From the NCBI RefSeq assembly GCF_006345805.1, contig NC_043023.1, forward strand, positions 3,472,001 through 3,536,000: DNA of 64,000 nt, written 5' to 3'. Under the pieces are notes generated by a model. The model saw only the letters and a list, made by a program, of their open reading frames with translations, ran no database searches and had not been told where the DNA came from. A program made the translations under genes and the position numbers. This stretch comes from Octopus sinensis (Eukaryota). Positions 37,321 through 51,652 of the stretch are shown piece by piece; position 1 is the first letter of the stretch; the number at the start of each line of letters is the position of its first letter.

Positions 37321-37559
37321 GATAAGCATTTCACCCACCATGCTAACGTTTCTGCCAGCTCGCAGCTTTTAGATCAAATCTCACCACTGCATCCCATGTC
37401 ATCTTGGGTCTTCCTTTTCTGTATGTTTCCTCCATATTTAGAGATATGGAGGAAGTATAATTGTTTATTATACATGTTTATGTCTATAAAGCTGTAAATG
37501 CTACTCTTGTTTTCTACTCATTTTTTCTATGTATCTATGTAAGTCATGGAATGCATTGT

Positions 37560-39700
37560 CAGGAAGAAACTGACTGCCTTCCTTGAAGATAATGACTTGC
37601 TCCCTAACACCCAGCATGGCATCCACTCAGGAAGAAGCTGCTTTGCACAGCTTTTGCAGCATTATGATTGGATCTTGAAATAATTAATGAATAGCTCAAA
37701 CGTGGATGGGATATATCCTGATTTTCCAAACGCCATTGATAAGGTTGATCATGGAATGATATGTCACAAGCTATTGACACTTGGCTTAGCTGGAAAACTG
37801 GGAGAGTGGTTGTATGACTTCTTAAAACACAGAAGCCCTCTCCAAGGTGACATTATTAGTGAGTGGAGTGCCCCAGGGAACTGTATTGGGGCCACTGTTG
37901 TTCCTGGTGACTCTTTCAGTTACACAGACAGCTGCACTTACTAGCTGTATTCATCATCATCATCATCATCCTCATCGTTTAACATCCGTTTTCCGTGCTA
38001 GCATGGGTTGGACAGTTCAACTGGGGTCTGGGAAGCCAGTAGGCTGCACCAGGCTCCAGTCTAATCTGGCAGTGTTTCTACAGCTGGATGCCCTTCCTAA
38101 CGCCAACTACTCCATGAGTGTAGTGGGTGCTTTTTACGTGCCACCAGCACAGAAGCTAGTCGAGGCGATGCTGGCATCAAGGCGGCACTGGCAACAAGGC
38201 GACGATGACACAAAAGTAGTACAAGCAGTCACGGAACCTTCTGATGCTGATCTTCTACAGAAATATCTAGATGACATAGAGGCTGAGGGTGGAGGCGCAA
38301 TGGCCCAGTGGTTAGGGCAGCAGACTCGCGGTTGGAGGATCGCGGTTTCCACTCCCAGACCGGGCATTGTGTGTGTTTATTGAGCGAAAACAACTAAAAG
38401 CTCCATGAGGCTCCAGCAGGATGTGGTGGTGACCCCTGTTGTACTCTTTCACCACAACTTTCTCTCACTCTCTCTTCCTGTTTCTTGTGTAATGCTGCAA
38501 TGGACTGGGGTCCCATACAGCTGATGGGAACACATAGGCCACAGAAACTGAGAAACTGAGCCCATGAGCCTGGCTAGACTTGAAAAGGGTGACGTTATAT
38601 AGGCTGAGTAACAAAACATGCAATTTAATGCAGTTAAATTCTAAGCCCTCTGCTACCAACTAAACCACAACAATTATACTTTGGGCCAAAAGGATAGGCA
38701 ATCCGTGAGCCACATACAGTGCATGATCTGGGGATTAATATAAGCAATGATGCCTTGTTTCACATGCATACCACCAAGATGGTGGTAGTGTGCAAGAGAA
38801 TGGCCAGGTGGATTCTGAGAACCTTCAGATCAAGGGACTAGAAAGCTATGCTGGTTCTATGAGGACGTTTGTATTCAGCCATCTGACTACTGCTCTAAAC
38901 TGGTCATTCTGCAGAGTTAAATTAATAGCAGAACTTGAGACATCAGTGGAACAGTTGAGCTACTGGGAGAGACTGAAAGATCAACAGCTCTATCCATGGA
39001 GCAACAACAGGAGAGATATGCAGTGATGGAGGGGTTGCCACCAAACTTTGGTGTCAAGAGCTATACAAGCCCCCAAACTGGACATCACTGCACTGTTCCA
39101 AAGGTCCCAGCTATCCTGCCTAGAGTAATGACCATGTACTGCAATAGCTTGCGATTAAAGGGCCCACAGCTCCTTCTTCTTACTGCATTCACTCTGGGTG
39201 GGTTGAGCTGGCTTCATTCATCCTCAATGCTGCATCTCTCACAAATGCCGACCAGGCCTGGCGATTTGAGGCTAACGACCGCATGATCTCCAACCACTCC
39301 TTATTCCAGCAGCAAATACCGTAGATATGGGGGTCTAGGTTGGGTTCCAGATCAGCCTTGACTGTCATCAGCCAGGTTTTTCTTTGTCCACCACATTGCT
39401 TTTGCCAACCCTGAAGGGGAGCTGGGGAAATTGCCTCGTAGATGAATTCTCCTGGTTGACGACGGAGGGCATGACCCAGCCAACGCAGACGTCTCGTTAG
39501 GATGACTTGTCGGAGGGAGGTGATTCTGCACTGGTGTCGCACCTTGCTAAAATATTTGAAGGATCTTCATAGCGTGGGGTAGATGTTTTCAAGAAACAAC
39601 TTGATTTCCTGCTGTCCAATATCAAAGCAGAAAACTCGAAAGATGGCGGCAGTATTGAACTCTCTCCTTCACCGAAAGCCAGTCGCATAAAATCGGCCAT
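37560..39700 (+). mobile_element. Fragmented CR1/L2-group LINE reverse transcriptase interrupted by younger insertions
   Basis: RT motifs QHG..SGRSC..QLL, IY.DF..A.DKVDHG, SGVPQGTVLGPLLFL and DDTKV, then a C-terminus at 38900-39170 that resumes at ~39540 (VDVFKKQLDFLLSNI). Confidence 0.8.
39189..39542 (-). mobile_element. RTE-clade LINE 3' fragment nested in the CR1-like LINE
   Basis: RRLRWLGHALRR...GGQRKTW...LASNRQAWSAFV is typical of the RTE C-terminus. Confidence 0.75.
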
Positions 39701-42480
39701 TGAAAGGATGATTACACTAGCACTGCTCCAGCATGGCCACAACATTAGGCTGAAACAAGTAGAGGAACAAAGGAATACAGGTTTAGTGTTGATTGTCAAA
39801 AGAAAGAGCACTTAGTAATATTCTTTTACTTTATTCTTTTATTTGTTTCAGTCATTTGACTGTGGCCATGCTGGAGTACCACTGTAGAAATAAATGATAA
39901 ATTTCCTTTGCTTGACTCAGACTTTTGTGCCTTGTTATGCCAATGGCATATTTAGTTATTTTACTTAGCTCCACCCATAGTTTAGACATTGGAGTGGCTG
40001 TGTGGTAAGTAGCTTGCTTACCAACCACATGGTTCCGGGTTCAGTCCCACTGCGTGGCACCTTGGGCAAGCGTCTTCTACTATAGCCTTGGGCCGACCAA
40101 AGCCTTGTGAGTGGATTTGGTAGACGGAAACTGAAAGAAGCCCATTGTGAATATGTATATGTGTGTGTATATTTGTGTGTTTGTGTTTCCCCCCCCCCAC
40201 TTCGCTTGACAACCGATGCTGGTGTGTTTATGTCCCTGTAACTTAGCGGTTTGGCACTGATAGAATAAGTACTAGGCTTACAAAGAATAAGTCCTGGGGT
40301 CGATTTACTCGACTAAAAGCAGTGCTCCAGCATGGCCACAATCAAATGACTGAAACAAATAAAAGAGTCAAAGAGTCACCCAACAACCCTATGATTCTGG
40401 GTTCAGTTCTGCTCAGCAGCATCTTGGACAAGTGACTTTTATGCTAGCCCTGAGCTGACCAAAGTGTTGCTGGTGGTTCTGAAGAGACAGAGAGAAACAA
40501 GGAGGTCCTGGGGTCGATTTGCTCGACTAAAGGTGGTGCTCCAGCATGGCCGCAGTCATATGACCGAAACAAGTAAAAGAGTAATTGAGAAAGAAAGAGC
40601 AATAAAGAGTTAGATAAAACATATACACACATACATATCCATATATACGACAAGCTTCTTTCAGTTTCCGTCTACCAAATCCACTCACGAGGCTATAGTA
40701 GAAGACACTTGCCCAAGGTGCCATGCAGTGGGACTGAATCCGGAACCATGTGGTTGGTAAGCAAGCTACTTACCACACAGCCACTCCTGCGCCTATAAGT
40801 TAATGACTTATAAGAAAATCTTTCTTTAAATATTGAGATTGCATCAATCAGTTTTTGAAAAAAACTTAGATTTCCTCCATATCTCTAAATATGGAGGAAA
40901 CATACAGAAAAGGAAGACCCAAGATGACATGGGATGCAGTGGTGAGATTTGATCTTCAAATGTTGAGCCTCACATAGGGGATGACAAAGAACCAAGACCT
41001 ATTTTTTTACTACCCACAAGGGGCTAAACACAGAGGGGACAAACAAGGACAGACAAACGGATTAAGTCAATTACATCGACCCCAGTGCGTAACTGGTACT
41101 TAATTTATCGACCCCGAAAGGATGAAAGGCAAAGTCGACCTTGGCGGAAGTTGAACTCAGAACATAATGGCAGATGAAATAACTATTTCTTTACTACCCA
41201 CAAGGGGCTAAACACAGAGGGGACAAATAAGGACACACAAACGGATTATGTCGATTACATCGACCTCAGTGCGTAACTGGTACTTAATTTATCAACCCCA
41301 GTGCGTAACTGGTACTTAATTTATCAACCCCAGTGAGTAACTGGTACTTAATTTATCAACCCCGAAAGGATGAAAGGCAAAGTCGACCTCAGCGGAATTT
41401 GAACTCAGAACGTAACGGCAGACGAAATACGGCTATGCATTTTGCCCGGCGTGCTAACGATTCTGCCAGCTCGCCGCCTTTAAAAATTTTCTATTCTGCT
41501 CTAGGCACAAGGCCCGAAATTTTGAGGGAAGGGCCCAGTCGATTAGATCAACCTCAGTACGCAACTGCTACTTAATTTATCGGCCCCGAAAGGATGAAAG
41601 GCAAAGTCGACCTCGGCGGAATTTGAACTCAGAACGTAGTGACGGGCGAAATATCTCTGAGCCGGCGTGCTAACGTTTCTGCCAGCTCGCCGCCTTATCT
41701 ATTCCTGTCAAACCGTTCCACTCATGCCAGCGTGATAGATGGACGTACGAATTTTATATAATGCACACACACACAAAGAGAGACAGACAACTAGAGAGAG
41801 AGAGAGAGTGAGAGTTTATGCCTTTATGTCCCATCACCGCCGGGCAGCCGGTGTTGGCTTATTTACGTCCCCGTAACATTAACGGTTCAGCGAAAGAGAC
41901 AGCCAGCATAAGTATTAGACCTAAACAAGGAGTTCCAGGATCGATTTGTTCGACAACAAAAACTATTCAAGACGGTGCTCTAGCATGGCCGCAGTCGAAA
42001 GGCTGAAACAAGTAAAAAATAAATGACAACCGTCTTTACAAGAGAAAAAAAAAGAATGAAAGAAAACAGTACACAGCGAAGAATATTCTTTTGACCCTGT
42101 AACATTTTCTTACATTTATTTTAATATTTTGTAATTACGAAAATTTTGTTTAAAAAACCGTTGCTAATACCAAAAAAATATACATATAAAAATCAAAGCA
42201 GTTTTATTGTCGTATCTGCAGCAAAGACAAACAATTATTTAAAGTGTTGCTTCTGTTTTATTTTATAAAATCTAATAAAATTTATTTTATAAATGTATTT
42301 CGTTGCATTTTATAAACATATTAAAAAGATTTCCGGCGTTGAATAAAGTAAATACGAAAATAAAATTTGCAAAGATGGCTTGTTAAATAGTAAGATGGAA
42401 GAAGCGTAATGAAAGGTTTTGTCAGAAAAGCAGGTTTTTGTTGCCTCCTTCGTCCGAGGTTGAATTAAGGTCACGAGTAG

Positions 42481-44031
42481 ATGCTTCAAGAACAAGAGGC
42501 CAACATGACGTACTCGTTTTCTTGCAATTTACTTGAGAGTCGTAAAAGAAAACCGTTTTTCACAGGCACCGAAACACTTTATCTGGTGGAGCAATTCGAA
42601 AAACATAAAGATATCCTCACGGCCAAGTTCTGTAGCACGGACACAAACCGCAGGAAAAACAACATCTGGTCGGAAATCACGGTTGGATTACACTTGAGGA
42701 ACCCAGGCGTTAAAAGAACCGTGCGTGAAGTGAAGAAAAAATGGAAAAATATCGTATCTATGGCAAAAAAAGAAGCGGTGAAATCGGCTGAACACACCAA
42801 CGACTCGACACCGAACACGAGAATTTCGGAAATAAGCCAACGGGTTCTGGATCTATTCGCCTATCTGCCGGCCCTTCAGAACCTGCAGGTTTTGGAGAAC
42901 GGACATGAGGATATCTCAGAAATGCGGGGTTATTACGGCGAAGGTGAGAGCAGCAGCGGTGGAGGTGTGGTTGGAAGTTACGGGGCCAATAGCGACCTGT
43001 TCACTCTGATTAGAAACGACACGAGGCCGACGTCTCCGTCGGACGGCAGCGATCTATCGACAGACGGAGTGGATGAACAGCGACCGTCGTCGTACGGAGA
43101 CGGCTCCCATGCGGCCACCACGTCGAACGTCGTCGCTGCCGCTCTCACCAACTATCGTCCCGAAATCGAAATGGTCGACCTCATCAAATGCGAAACCCGA
43201 TCCACATCTCCGTCCGCCGTCAGTGATAATTCCAACGACTGCCCGCTCCTAGATGAGAACAAACGGGAGAAACCCGACAACCAGCGAGTAGACGTGACAT
43301 TAAACCTACCCACACTGGATCGACAATCTAACCATCTTGTAACCAGTCCCGGTACAACTTCTGTACGTCAGAGCAACTCCGAACATTCGGACAACCTGTC
43401 CGGTTTACCCGTACCCGTATCTCTATCGTCGATACCCGCCGAGGATAAACTAGAAATCGTCAGCATAAACAGTATAGCCCAATCGCTCAGTTCACCGATT
43501 GTGGACGATATCAATATTATTTCTACAGTAAGTGCTGGTCAGCAGGACGGTGGCTACGAGGTGTCCAAAAACGAGATCTCCAAGACACTACCAGCCGCTC
43601 GGGTGGCGCCGGGGGACGACGGCACCAGTCCGGAGCGGAAAGTGGACCAATTATCGGACATTTCTCACACAACCGCAGCCAGCATGGCACTTACTGCCCT
43701 CTATCAGTCTTCCATGTTCACGAACAATTCGTCTGGTAGTGGCCACCCGTTGGGGAGTAGCAGCAGTAGTAGTTTGCTTTCGAGCAAATCTCACAGACAA
43801 TGTTTAGAAGAATTAGCGGAGTCTCACGACGAGGCGCCGTCTTCTCATAAGAAACTAAGATCACTGTCCCCTGATTATATCGAGTTACACCATTCCGTAT
43901 TACTTCTTGAGAAGGAGAAATTACGGATTGAAATCGAAAAGATGAAGCAAGAAATGGTAAACCAAGAGAAAATATCCAAAGTTTTGGATATCGCCAAAGA
44001 CGTTTTTGTCTCCCTAAGGGAGAAACTTTAA
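42481..44031 (+). CDS. Myb/SANT-like DNA-binding domain protein (MSANTD/NAIF1/Harbinger-type), single coding exon
   Basis: Intact 516-aa ORF. The N-terminus RKPFFTGTETLYLVEQFEKHKDIL...RRKNNIWSEIT..L...NPGVKRTVREVKKKWKNI matches the Myb_DNA-bind_5 pattern. It has a Ser/Thr/Asp-rich linker and a C-terminal coiled coil (LLEKEKLRIEIEKMKQE). Met9 is an alternative start. Confidence 0.85.
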   Translation: MLQEQEANMTYSFSCNLLESRKRKPFFTGTETLYLVEQFEKHKDILTAKFCSTDTNRRKNNIWSEITVGLHLRNPGVKRTVREVKKKWKNIVSMAKKEAVKSAEHTNDSTPNTRISEISQRVLDLFAYLPALQNLQVLENGHEDISEMRGYYGEGESSSGGGVVGSYGANSDLFTLIRNDTRPTSPSDGSDLSTDGVDEQRPSSYGDGSHAATTSNVVAAALTNYRPEIEMVDLIKCETRSTSPSAVSDNSNDCPLLDENKREKPDNQRVDVTLNLPTLDRQSNHLVTSPGTTSVRQSNSEHSDNLSGLPVPVSLSSIPAEDKLEIVSINSIAQSLSSPIVDDINIISTVSAGQQDGGYEVSKNEISKTLPAARVAPGDDGTSPERKVDQLSDISHTTAASMALTALYQSSMFTNNSSGSGHPLGSSSSSSLLSSKSHRQCLEELAESHDEAPSSHKKLRSLSPDYIELHHSVLLLEKEKLRIEIEKMKQEMVNQEKISKVLDIAKDVFVSLREKL

Positions 44032-44669
44032 GCATCTCGGTGATTGTTGTCCGTGTGTGTGTGTGTGTGTGCATACCTGTACAGGTGTGTCTCTGCCCCG
44101 ATCTGTTTCCCCGCAACTTTCAGAAAAATGAATATTTTCTAATGAAATTTTCCACAAATATCTTTTGGGTGATATACATTATAATTATATCTGAATTTAA
44201 TATGAGAAAGACAAAATTGGTGGATGCACACAACACACACACACACAGAGTATTCTTTTATTAGTTTGAGCTGGAGAGTTGCGGCCATGCTGGGACACCA
44301 CCGTTAGCCTTGCTACACTTTCCCTATTAACACCTCTTATATTTGGCATTTGGTGAATGAGGGAGTTAGGTGTTTCTGCCCTCGTCTGTGTTTCCTGTTA
44401 CGAGGTGGGTTCACCCAGAACCCTTCACGGAAGGAGATGACCAAGTTCTGTTTTGAAGACACCTACAAAGCTTAATCTTTTGAAAAAAATTATATAATCC
44501 GTGTCAGTCTATGTGGGCGCTCATCAATTTTTTATCCCCATTAAATTCCATTATAACCCTAATCTACACCACCTGAAGGGTATTTGTAAAACAATTTCAT
44601 TTAAAAATGTCCATTTTTCTGCAAGTTACGAGGAAACAGAACTGGGTGGGTGTCACATTTGAGTTGATA

Positions 44670-44962
44670 TGCCTTATGTATGTATGTTCATAGTGAGTGT
44701 ATATATCTGTGTGTGTATGTGTTGGGTTGCGTTACTAGTGGGTTGGTTAATGGGTGCGAACACATTCCTCATGCAACTCTTGTGTGGATTCACACACCGA
44801 CACACACACGTATTTGTAGCACTTGTATATACAGATTGATGTATATATGCATACGTGTGTGTATGTGTTTGTGAAGTTGCATACAAGTATGTACAGTTGG
44901 ATTTGTATATAAATAATATATACATGCATATATATATACATATACATGCATATATATATACA

Positions 44963-45002
<40 letters not shown>

Positions 45003-45040
45003 CATATATATAATATATATATATTATATATATACATACA

Positions 45041-45089
<49 letters not shown>

Positions 45090-45158
45090 CATATATATAT
45101 ATATAATATATATATATATATTATATATATACATATACATACATATATATATATATAT

Positions 45159-45192
<34 letters not shown>

Positions 45193-45880
45193 CATGTATA
45201 TATATATATATATATACATATACATGTATATATATATTATATACATGTATATATATATACATATACATGCATATATATATACATATACATGCATATATAT
45301 ATACATGTATATATATATACATATATATGTGTATATATATATATCCATATATGTATATATATATGTATACATACATATATGCATATATACATGTATATAT
45401 ATATGCATACATATATGTATATATATATGTATACATACATATATGCATATATACATGTATATATATATATGCATATATACATGTATATATATATATGCAT
45501 ATATACATGTATATATATATATGTATACATACATATATGCATATATACATGTATATACATACATACATATATACATGTATATATGTATATATATACATAC
45601 ATGCATATATACATGTATATATATATATACATGCATATATGTGTATGTATATGTAAATATACATGTGTATACATGCATGTATATATATACATATATTATT
45701 TATATACATACAAAACAAAAACTAATATAAATACACACACATACATCTGCATATAATGTATATATATACCTATATATTTATATATATATATAAAAATATG
45801 CACATATGTGTCTGTGTGTATACGTTTATGACTATCAATGATTTATATATAGCTATATAATTATATATATTTATATATAT
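44670..45880. repeat. Long (TA)n/(TACA)n/(TG)n compound microsatellite
   Basis: Direct reading. Produces spurious IY-rich ORFs. Confidence 0.95.
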
Positions 45881-46150
45881 ATAGAAAGTGAGTGTGATTG
45901 TGTGCGTGCAAAGTATGTATGAAAACATTATATCCTTGCCCTGGAATGTATGTATATCAATTGTTGATCCAAAAATGCAGTATTTTCCATTTTTTTATAT
46001 ATATACATATATATTTTTAAACATCCAACTACATGGCAATTCATCAGACTTCAAAAAATCTAATATACAAAATTATTTTATAGATATGTATATACATGTC
46101 CACGTTTTAGTATGTTTGTGTCATTATCTATGTATCTATCTATATATATA

Positions 46151-46192
<42 letters not shown>

Positions 46193-47014
46193 GGCGAGCT
46201 GGCAGAATCGTTAGCACGCCGGGCGAAATGCTTAGTGGTATTTCGTCTGTCGCTACGTTCAAAGTTCAAATTCCGCCGTGGACGACTTTGCCTTTCATCC
46301 TTTCGGGGTCGATAAATAAAGTACCAGTTTCGCATTGGGTTCGATGTAATCTATTTAATCCCCTTGTTTGTCCCCTCTATGTTTAACCTCTTGTGGGTAG
46401 TAAAGAAATATATATATATATAATAACAAAGGGTAAAATTAATTAATTAAGAAGTAATCAATAATTTCACCAAGTAGAATTCGGCATGAAAAAAAGGACC
46501 ACTTCACGGTAAACTTAAGTAATACTTGATAATTAGGGTTCAGCAAAGATTTGCTTTACCACATACCGAAGTTTAGAAATAGCAGCCAAAAACCTAAAGT
46601 AGAAAAAATAGCTAAGGTCTTTGGCTGCTGTTTCTAAACTTCGGTATGTGGTAAAGCAAATCTTTGCTGAACCCTAATTATTAAGTATATATATATCTAT
46701 ATATATATATATACAAATTAGAAAATGGAGGAACAATTTCATTTCAATCATCAACTTACAGATATTACCATTTCATATTATTTATTAACTACATAAATTA
46801 TTCTTATGGTATTATTATTACTCTTTTACTTGTTTCAGTCATTTGACTGTGGCCATGCTGGAGCACCGCCTTTAATTGAGCAACTCAACCCTGGGACTTA
46901 TTCTTTTGTAAGTCCAGTACTTATTCTATCGGTCTCTTTTGCCGAATCGCTAAGTGACGGGGACGTAAACACACCAGCATCGGTTGTCAAGCAATGCTAG
47001 GGAGACAAACACAA

Positions 47015-47047
<33 letters not shown>

Positions 47048-48351
47048 CATACATATATACGACAGGCTTCTTTCAGTTTCCGTCTACCAAATCCACTCAC
47101 AATGCTTTGGTCGGCCCGGGGCTATAGTAGAAGATACTTGCCCAAGGTGCCACGCAGTGGGACTGAACCACACAGCCACTCCTGCATATTGATGTATATT
47201 GTTTTGTTGGATTTGGATGTTCCTATTTATATAATTAATAAATAATATGAAATGGTAATATCCGTAAGTTGATGATCGAAATGAATTTGTTTCTCCATTT
47301 TCTTATTTGTATTATGAATTTACAGTAAAATATTTTTTACCTTCGCCCATCCGATACAATAAATGAATTAATTACATTGCAATTGTAAGCATTTATGTAT
47401 TTGGCATTTGGGTACTTCACCAGCAGTATATTGGATAACTGATATCCCATAGTGGGTTACACTCATAACCCCTATCTTACTTTATACTATATATAGATAT
47501 ATATATAAATATATATTATACCGGAGTAAACACATAAATGTGAAACAAGGTGGAAAAAAGAGTACTCAAATACCAGTGGTAGAGTAATATGCTTTATTTA
47601 AAGCAGCAGAAAATTCAACAAAACCTTGTCCGATGAACGGCAACGGGAAACTCAGAGTAACAGGTTTTGTTGAATTTTCTGCTGCTTTAAATAAAGTATA
47701 TATATATATATATAATAATATTAGGGAGTAAATCCAAATTTACAGGGAAAAATTAGATTTAGGATTAAATCTAATTTTACAGTATAAATATAAATTAAAT
47801 TAAAGATAAAACCACAATTAGGCAAATTAATTAATTTCATTTCTATGTTTTGGTTTATGTTTTTCACTGTTTGATTTGCCTAATAGTGGTTTTATCTCTA
47901 ATTTAATTTATATATTATATATATATATATATATATCGTCAGTAGTTCGTATATCCCTCAAAAGAAGCATACTTTAAAACATTAGAGCAGTAATATATAT
48001 ATAGAAGGTTCTTTGTTTTGGCCAGTCGGAGAGTGACCATTGGTTCACCTATACAGGTAAGCGCTTTCATCATCATCATCATTGTTTAAACGTATGCTTT
48101 CCATGCTAGCATGGGTTGGACGATTTTGACTGAGGGCTGCACCAGGCTCTAATCTTGATCTGGCAGTGTTTCTACAGCTGGATGCCCTTCCTAACGCCGA
48201 CCACTCCGAGAGTGTAGTGGGTGCTTTTACGTGCCATCGGCACGGCTTTATAGGTGTGAAACCACCGGTCACTCTCTGACTCGCTTTATCAATCAACCTT
48301 CTAAAAACTATATATATATGTGTGTGTATGCATGTTAATATTATAGTTTGT

Positions 48352-48387
<36 letters not shown>

Positions 48388-48801
48388 AGCACTCTGTCAG
48401 TTACGATGACGAGGGTCCCAGCTGATACGATCAACGGGACAGCCCACTTGTGAAATTAACATACAAGTGGCTGAGTACACCACAGACACATGACGGGTTC
48501 CAGCTGATACAATCAATGGAGCAGCTTGCTTGTGAAATTAACATGCAAGTGGCTGAGCACTCCACAGACACGTGTACCCTTAGCGTAGTTCTCAAGGAGA
48601 TTCAGCGTGACACAGAATGTGACAAGGCTGGCCCTTCGAAATACAGGTACTACTCATTTTTACCAGCTGAGTGGACTGGAGCAACGTGAAATAAAGTGTT
48701 TTGCTCAAGAACACAACATGTCGCCTGGAATTGAACTCACGACCATAAAGTCATGATTTCAATTCCCTAACCACTAAACCACATACCTTCCACACACACC
48801 A

Positions 48802-48845
<44 letters not shown>

Positions 48846-48897
48846 TATTATATAGATAAAATACACACACACAACATATAAAGGGTGAAATATTATA

Positions 48898-48932
<35 letters not shown>

Positions 48933-49147
48933 ATACATATAAAGGGTGAAATATAATTAATTGAATAAAATCAATAAATTTCACCTCGTAGTCTTTCGGT
49001 ATGGAAAGGACCATATTTGGTAAAAATTATATAATTATAATAATAAAGGGTTATTTACAACAAGTTGCTTAAACCATATACCGAAAATATTAGAAATAGC
49101 AGCCAAATAGGTTACCATTACTATTACTACAAAAATAAGTCTCCACA

Positions 49148-49178
<31 letters not shown>

Positions 49179-50289
49179 TTTTATACATACATGCATATAT
49201 ATATACTATATATATATATATATATATATACTTTATTTAAAGCAGCAGAAATATAACAAAAGCTGTTACTCAGAGTTTCCTGTTCCTGTTCGTCGAGCAG
49301 TTTTGTTAAAAATTTTTAACAAAACTCTCCAATGAACGGGATCGTGAAACTCTGAGTAACAGCTTTTGTTATATTTCTGCTGCTTTAAATAAAGTATATT
49401 ACTCTACCGCTGGTTTTTGAGTACTCTTTTTTTCACCTTCTTTCACATTTATGTGTTTACTCCGGTATATATATATGTATATATATACACACACATGCGC
49501 ATAAATGTGTGTGTATATATATATATAGTTTATAGGTTAGAGACAAGTGTTCTCTATATAGAGTACACTTCAAAGTGCTCAAGAGATATAATCTTGAGCA
49601 GGTAGGGGGAGTAAATGTAATGACAAGACAGTTAGGCAAGTCGATTTACACAGAATATTAAATACATTTAATACAAAATAACATATATACATATATATAT
49701 ATTGTTTGTATTAATTAAATTGGTGTCTTCTTCATATTGTTATTTTTACTACGTTTCAGCTGTTCTATGCTCCAGCATTCTTGGAGTGTCTTGTGTTCTG
49801 TCCGAATTTCAAAGCTGATCCTTTATTTGATCCCTGGGTGCCTTGGGTGTCCACTGTCTTCATTCTGCTCTATGCATTTCACATTTCTTTGCTTCACTCT
49901 TTTACTTGTTTCAGTCATTTGACTGCGGCCATGCTGGAGCACTGCCTTTAGTCGAGCAAATTGACCCAAGGACTTATTCTTTTGTAAGCCTGGTACTTAT
50001 TCTATCGGTCTCTTTTGCCGAACCGCTAAGTTACGGGGACGTAAACACACCAGCTACGGTTGTCAAGTGATGTTGGGGGGGACAACACACAAACATATAC
50101 ACCCACACACATATACATATATATATATACTCTCTTTACTCTTTTACTTGTTTCAGTTATTTGACTGTGGCCATGCTGGAGCACTGCCTTTTAGTCGAGC
50201 AAATCAACACCAGGGACTTATTCTTTGTAAGCCTAGTACTTATTCTATCGGTCTCTTTTTGCTGAACCGCTAACTTATGGGGATGTAAA

Positions 50290-50480
50290 CGTGTCTAACA
50301 CACGTGGACATGCCTACAAAGTCAGAAAACAACACAGCTCCCATGACTTTCGGAAACATTTCTTCCCGCTCAGAGTTGCTGAAGCATGGAATAAACTGCC
50401 TGCGTCAGTTGTTGACTGCCATGACACTGCATCCTTTAAGGCCCTCATGCTTTCCGAAATCCGTCGAAACTACACCTGAT
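50290..50480 (+). mobile_element. CR1-group LINE 3' fragment
   Basis: TRGHAYKVRKQHSSHDFRKHFFPLRVAEAWNKLPASVV. Confidence 0.75.
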
Positions 50481-50631
50481 TATATATGCACTTTCGATGA
50501 GTTGTAGTGCACCTGAGCACTGTACACAATTATTATTATTATTATTATAATATATACCAGCATCGGTTGTCAAGCGATGTTGGGGAGACAAACCAGACAC
50601 ACAAACGTAAACACACACACACCCACCACAC

Positions 50632-50663
<32 letters not shown>

Positions 50664-51652
50664 TATTATATATATATATATATATATACACAATACATAT
50701 ATACGATAGGCTTCTTTCAGTTTCCGTCTACCAAATCCACTCACAAGGCTTTGGTCGGCCCGAGGCTATAGTAGAAGACACTTGCCAAGGTGCCATGCAG
50801 TGGGACTGAACCCCGGACCATGTGGTTCGTAAGCAAGCTACTTACCACACAGTCACTCCTGCACCTACAGTTGATTTTTTTTTTTTTGTGAATGACCTTA
50901 TTGCCTTGCTTGGGAATGAACCCAGGATATCTAGGTGACTGCACTGCATTAACCAACATCTTTATCTACTATGGGTGAGGCAAGTGTCTTCTACAATAGC
51001 TGTTGGACAACCAAAGCCTTGTGAGTGGATCTGGTAGGTAAAGACATAGCATAGCATAGTACATAAGGATGTTGGTTAATGCAGTGAAGTTACCTAGAGT
51101 TTCTGAGTTCAATTCCAAGCAAGGCACTAAGTTAATAAACAAACAAAAATAATAACAACCAAAAAAAAAAAGTCATGAAACACAGAACAGTGTACCCCTA
51201 AGGATCAAATAAAGGGTTAGGTTTGTAATTCTGATGGAACAACCAAGTTCGACTTAAGACACCTGAAGACGGCTGGAGCATACAACAGCTGAAATGAAGT
51301 GAAAAGCAACAATTAAGATGAGGACACCCGCCTGACTACTATAAGCATTATACATAATATAAATTCCTCTCTTATAAATATAGAATTATATATATATATA
51401 TATATGTATAATATATAATGTGTGTATATATATATAGATAGATATAGATATTATATATTTATATATATTATATATATATATATAGATATTATGTGTGTAT
51501 GTATGTATGTAGATGTCTGTTTTTGTTTATATATATATGTTATATATTCACGGAAAGCCACTTATTATCAATTTGGGACAAAGACTTTTATGATAAAATT
51601 TTCTGACAAATATACTGCCACCCAGAAATTTAGTAAAATCTAACCATTGGTG

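Noticed and set aside
39640-39652. YY1-like AAGATGGCGGC
   Set aside because: It lies inside a LINE 3' remnant and is not near a supported TSS.
44674-45756. Long ORFs of up to 264 aa rich in I/Y/M (also 51640-52063, 53600-54023, 58027-58470, 63607-63999)
   Set aside because: Microsatellite translations that lack stop codons by composition.
51263-51294. CTGAAGA-stem-GAAA hammerhead-like core
   Set aside because: The G10.1-C11.1 pair is lost and stems I and III are not formed. At best a degenerate Penelope-type remnant.
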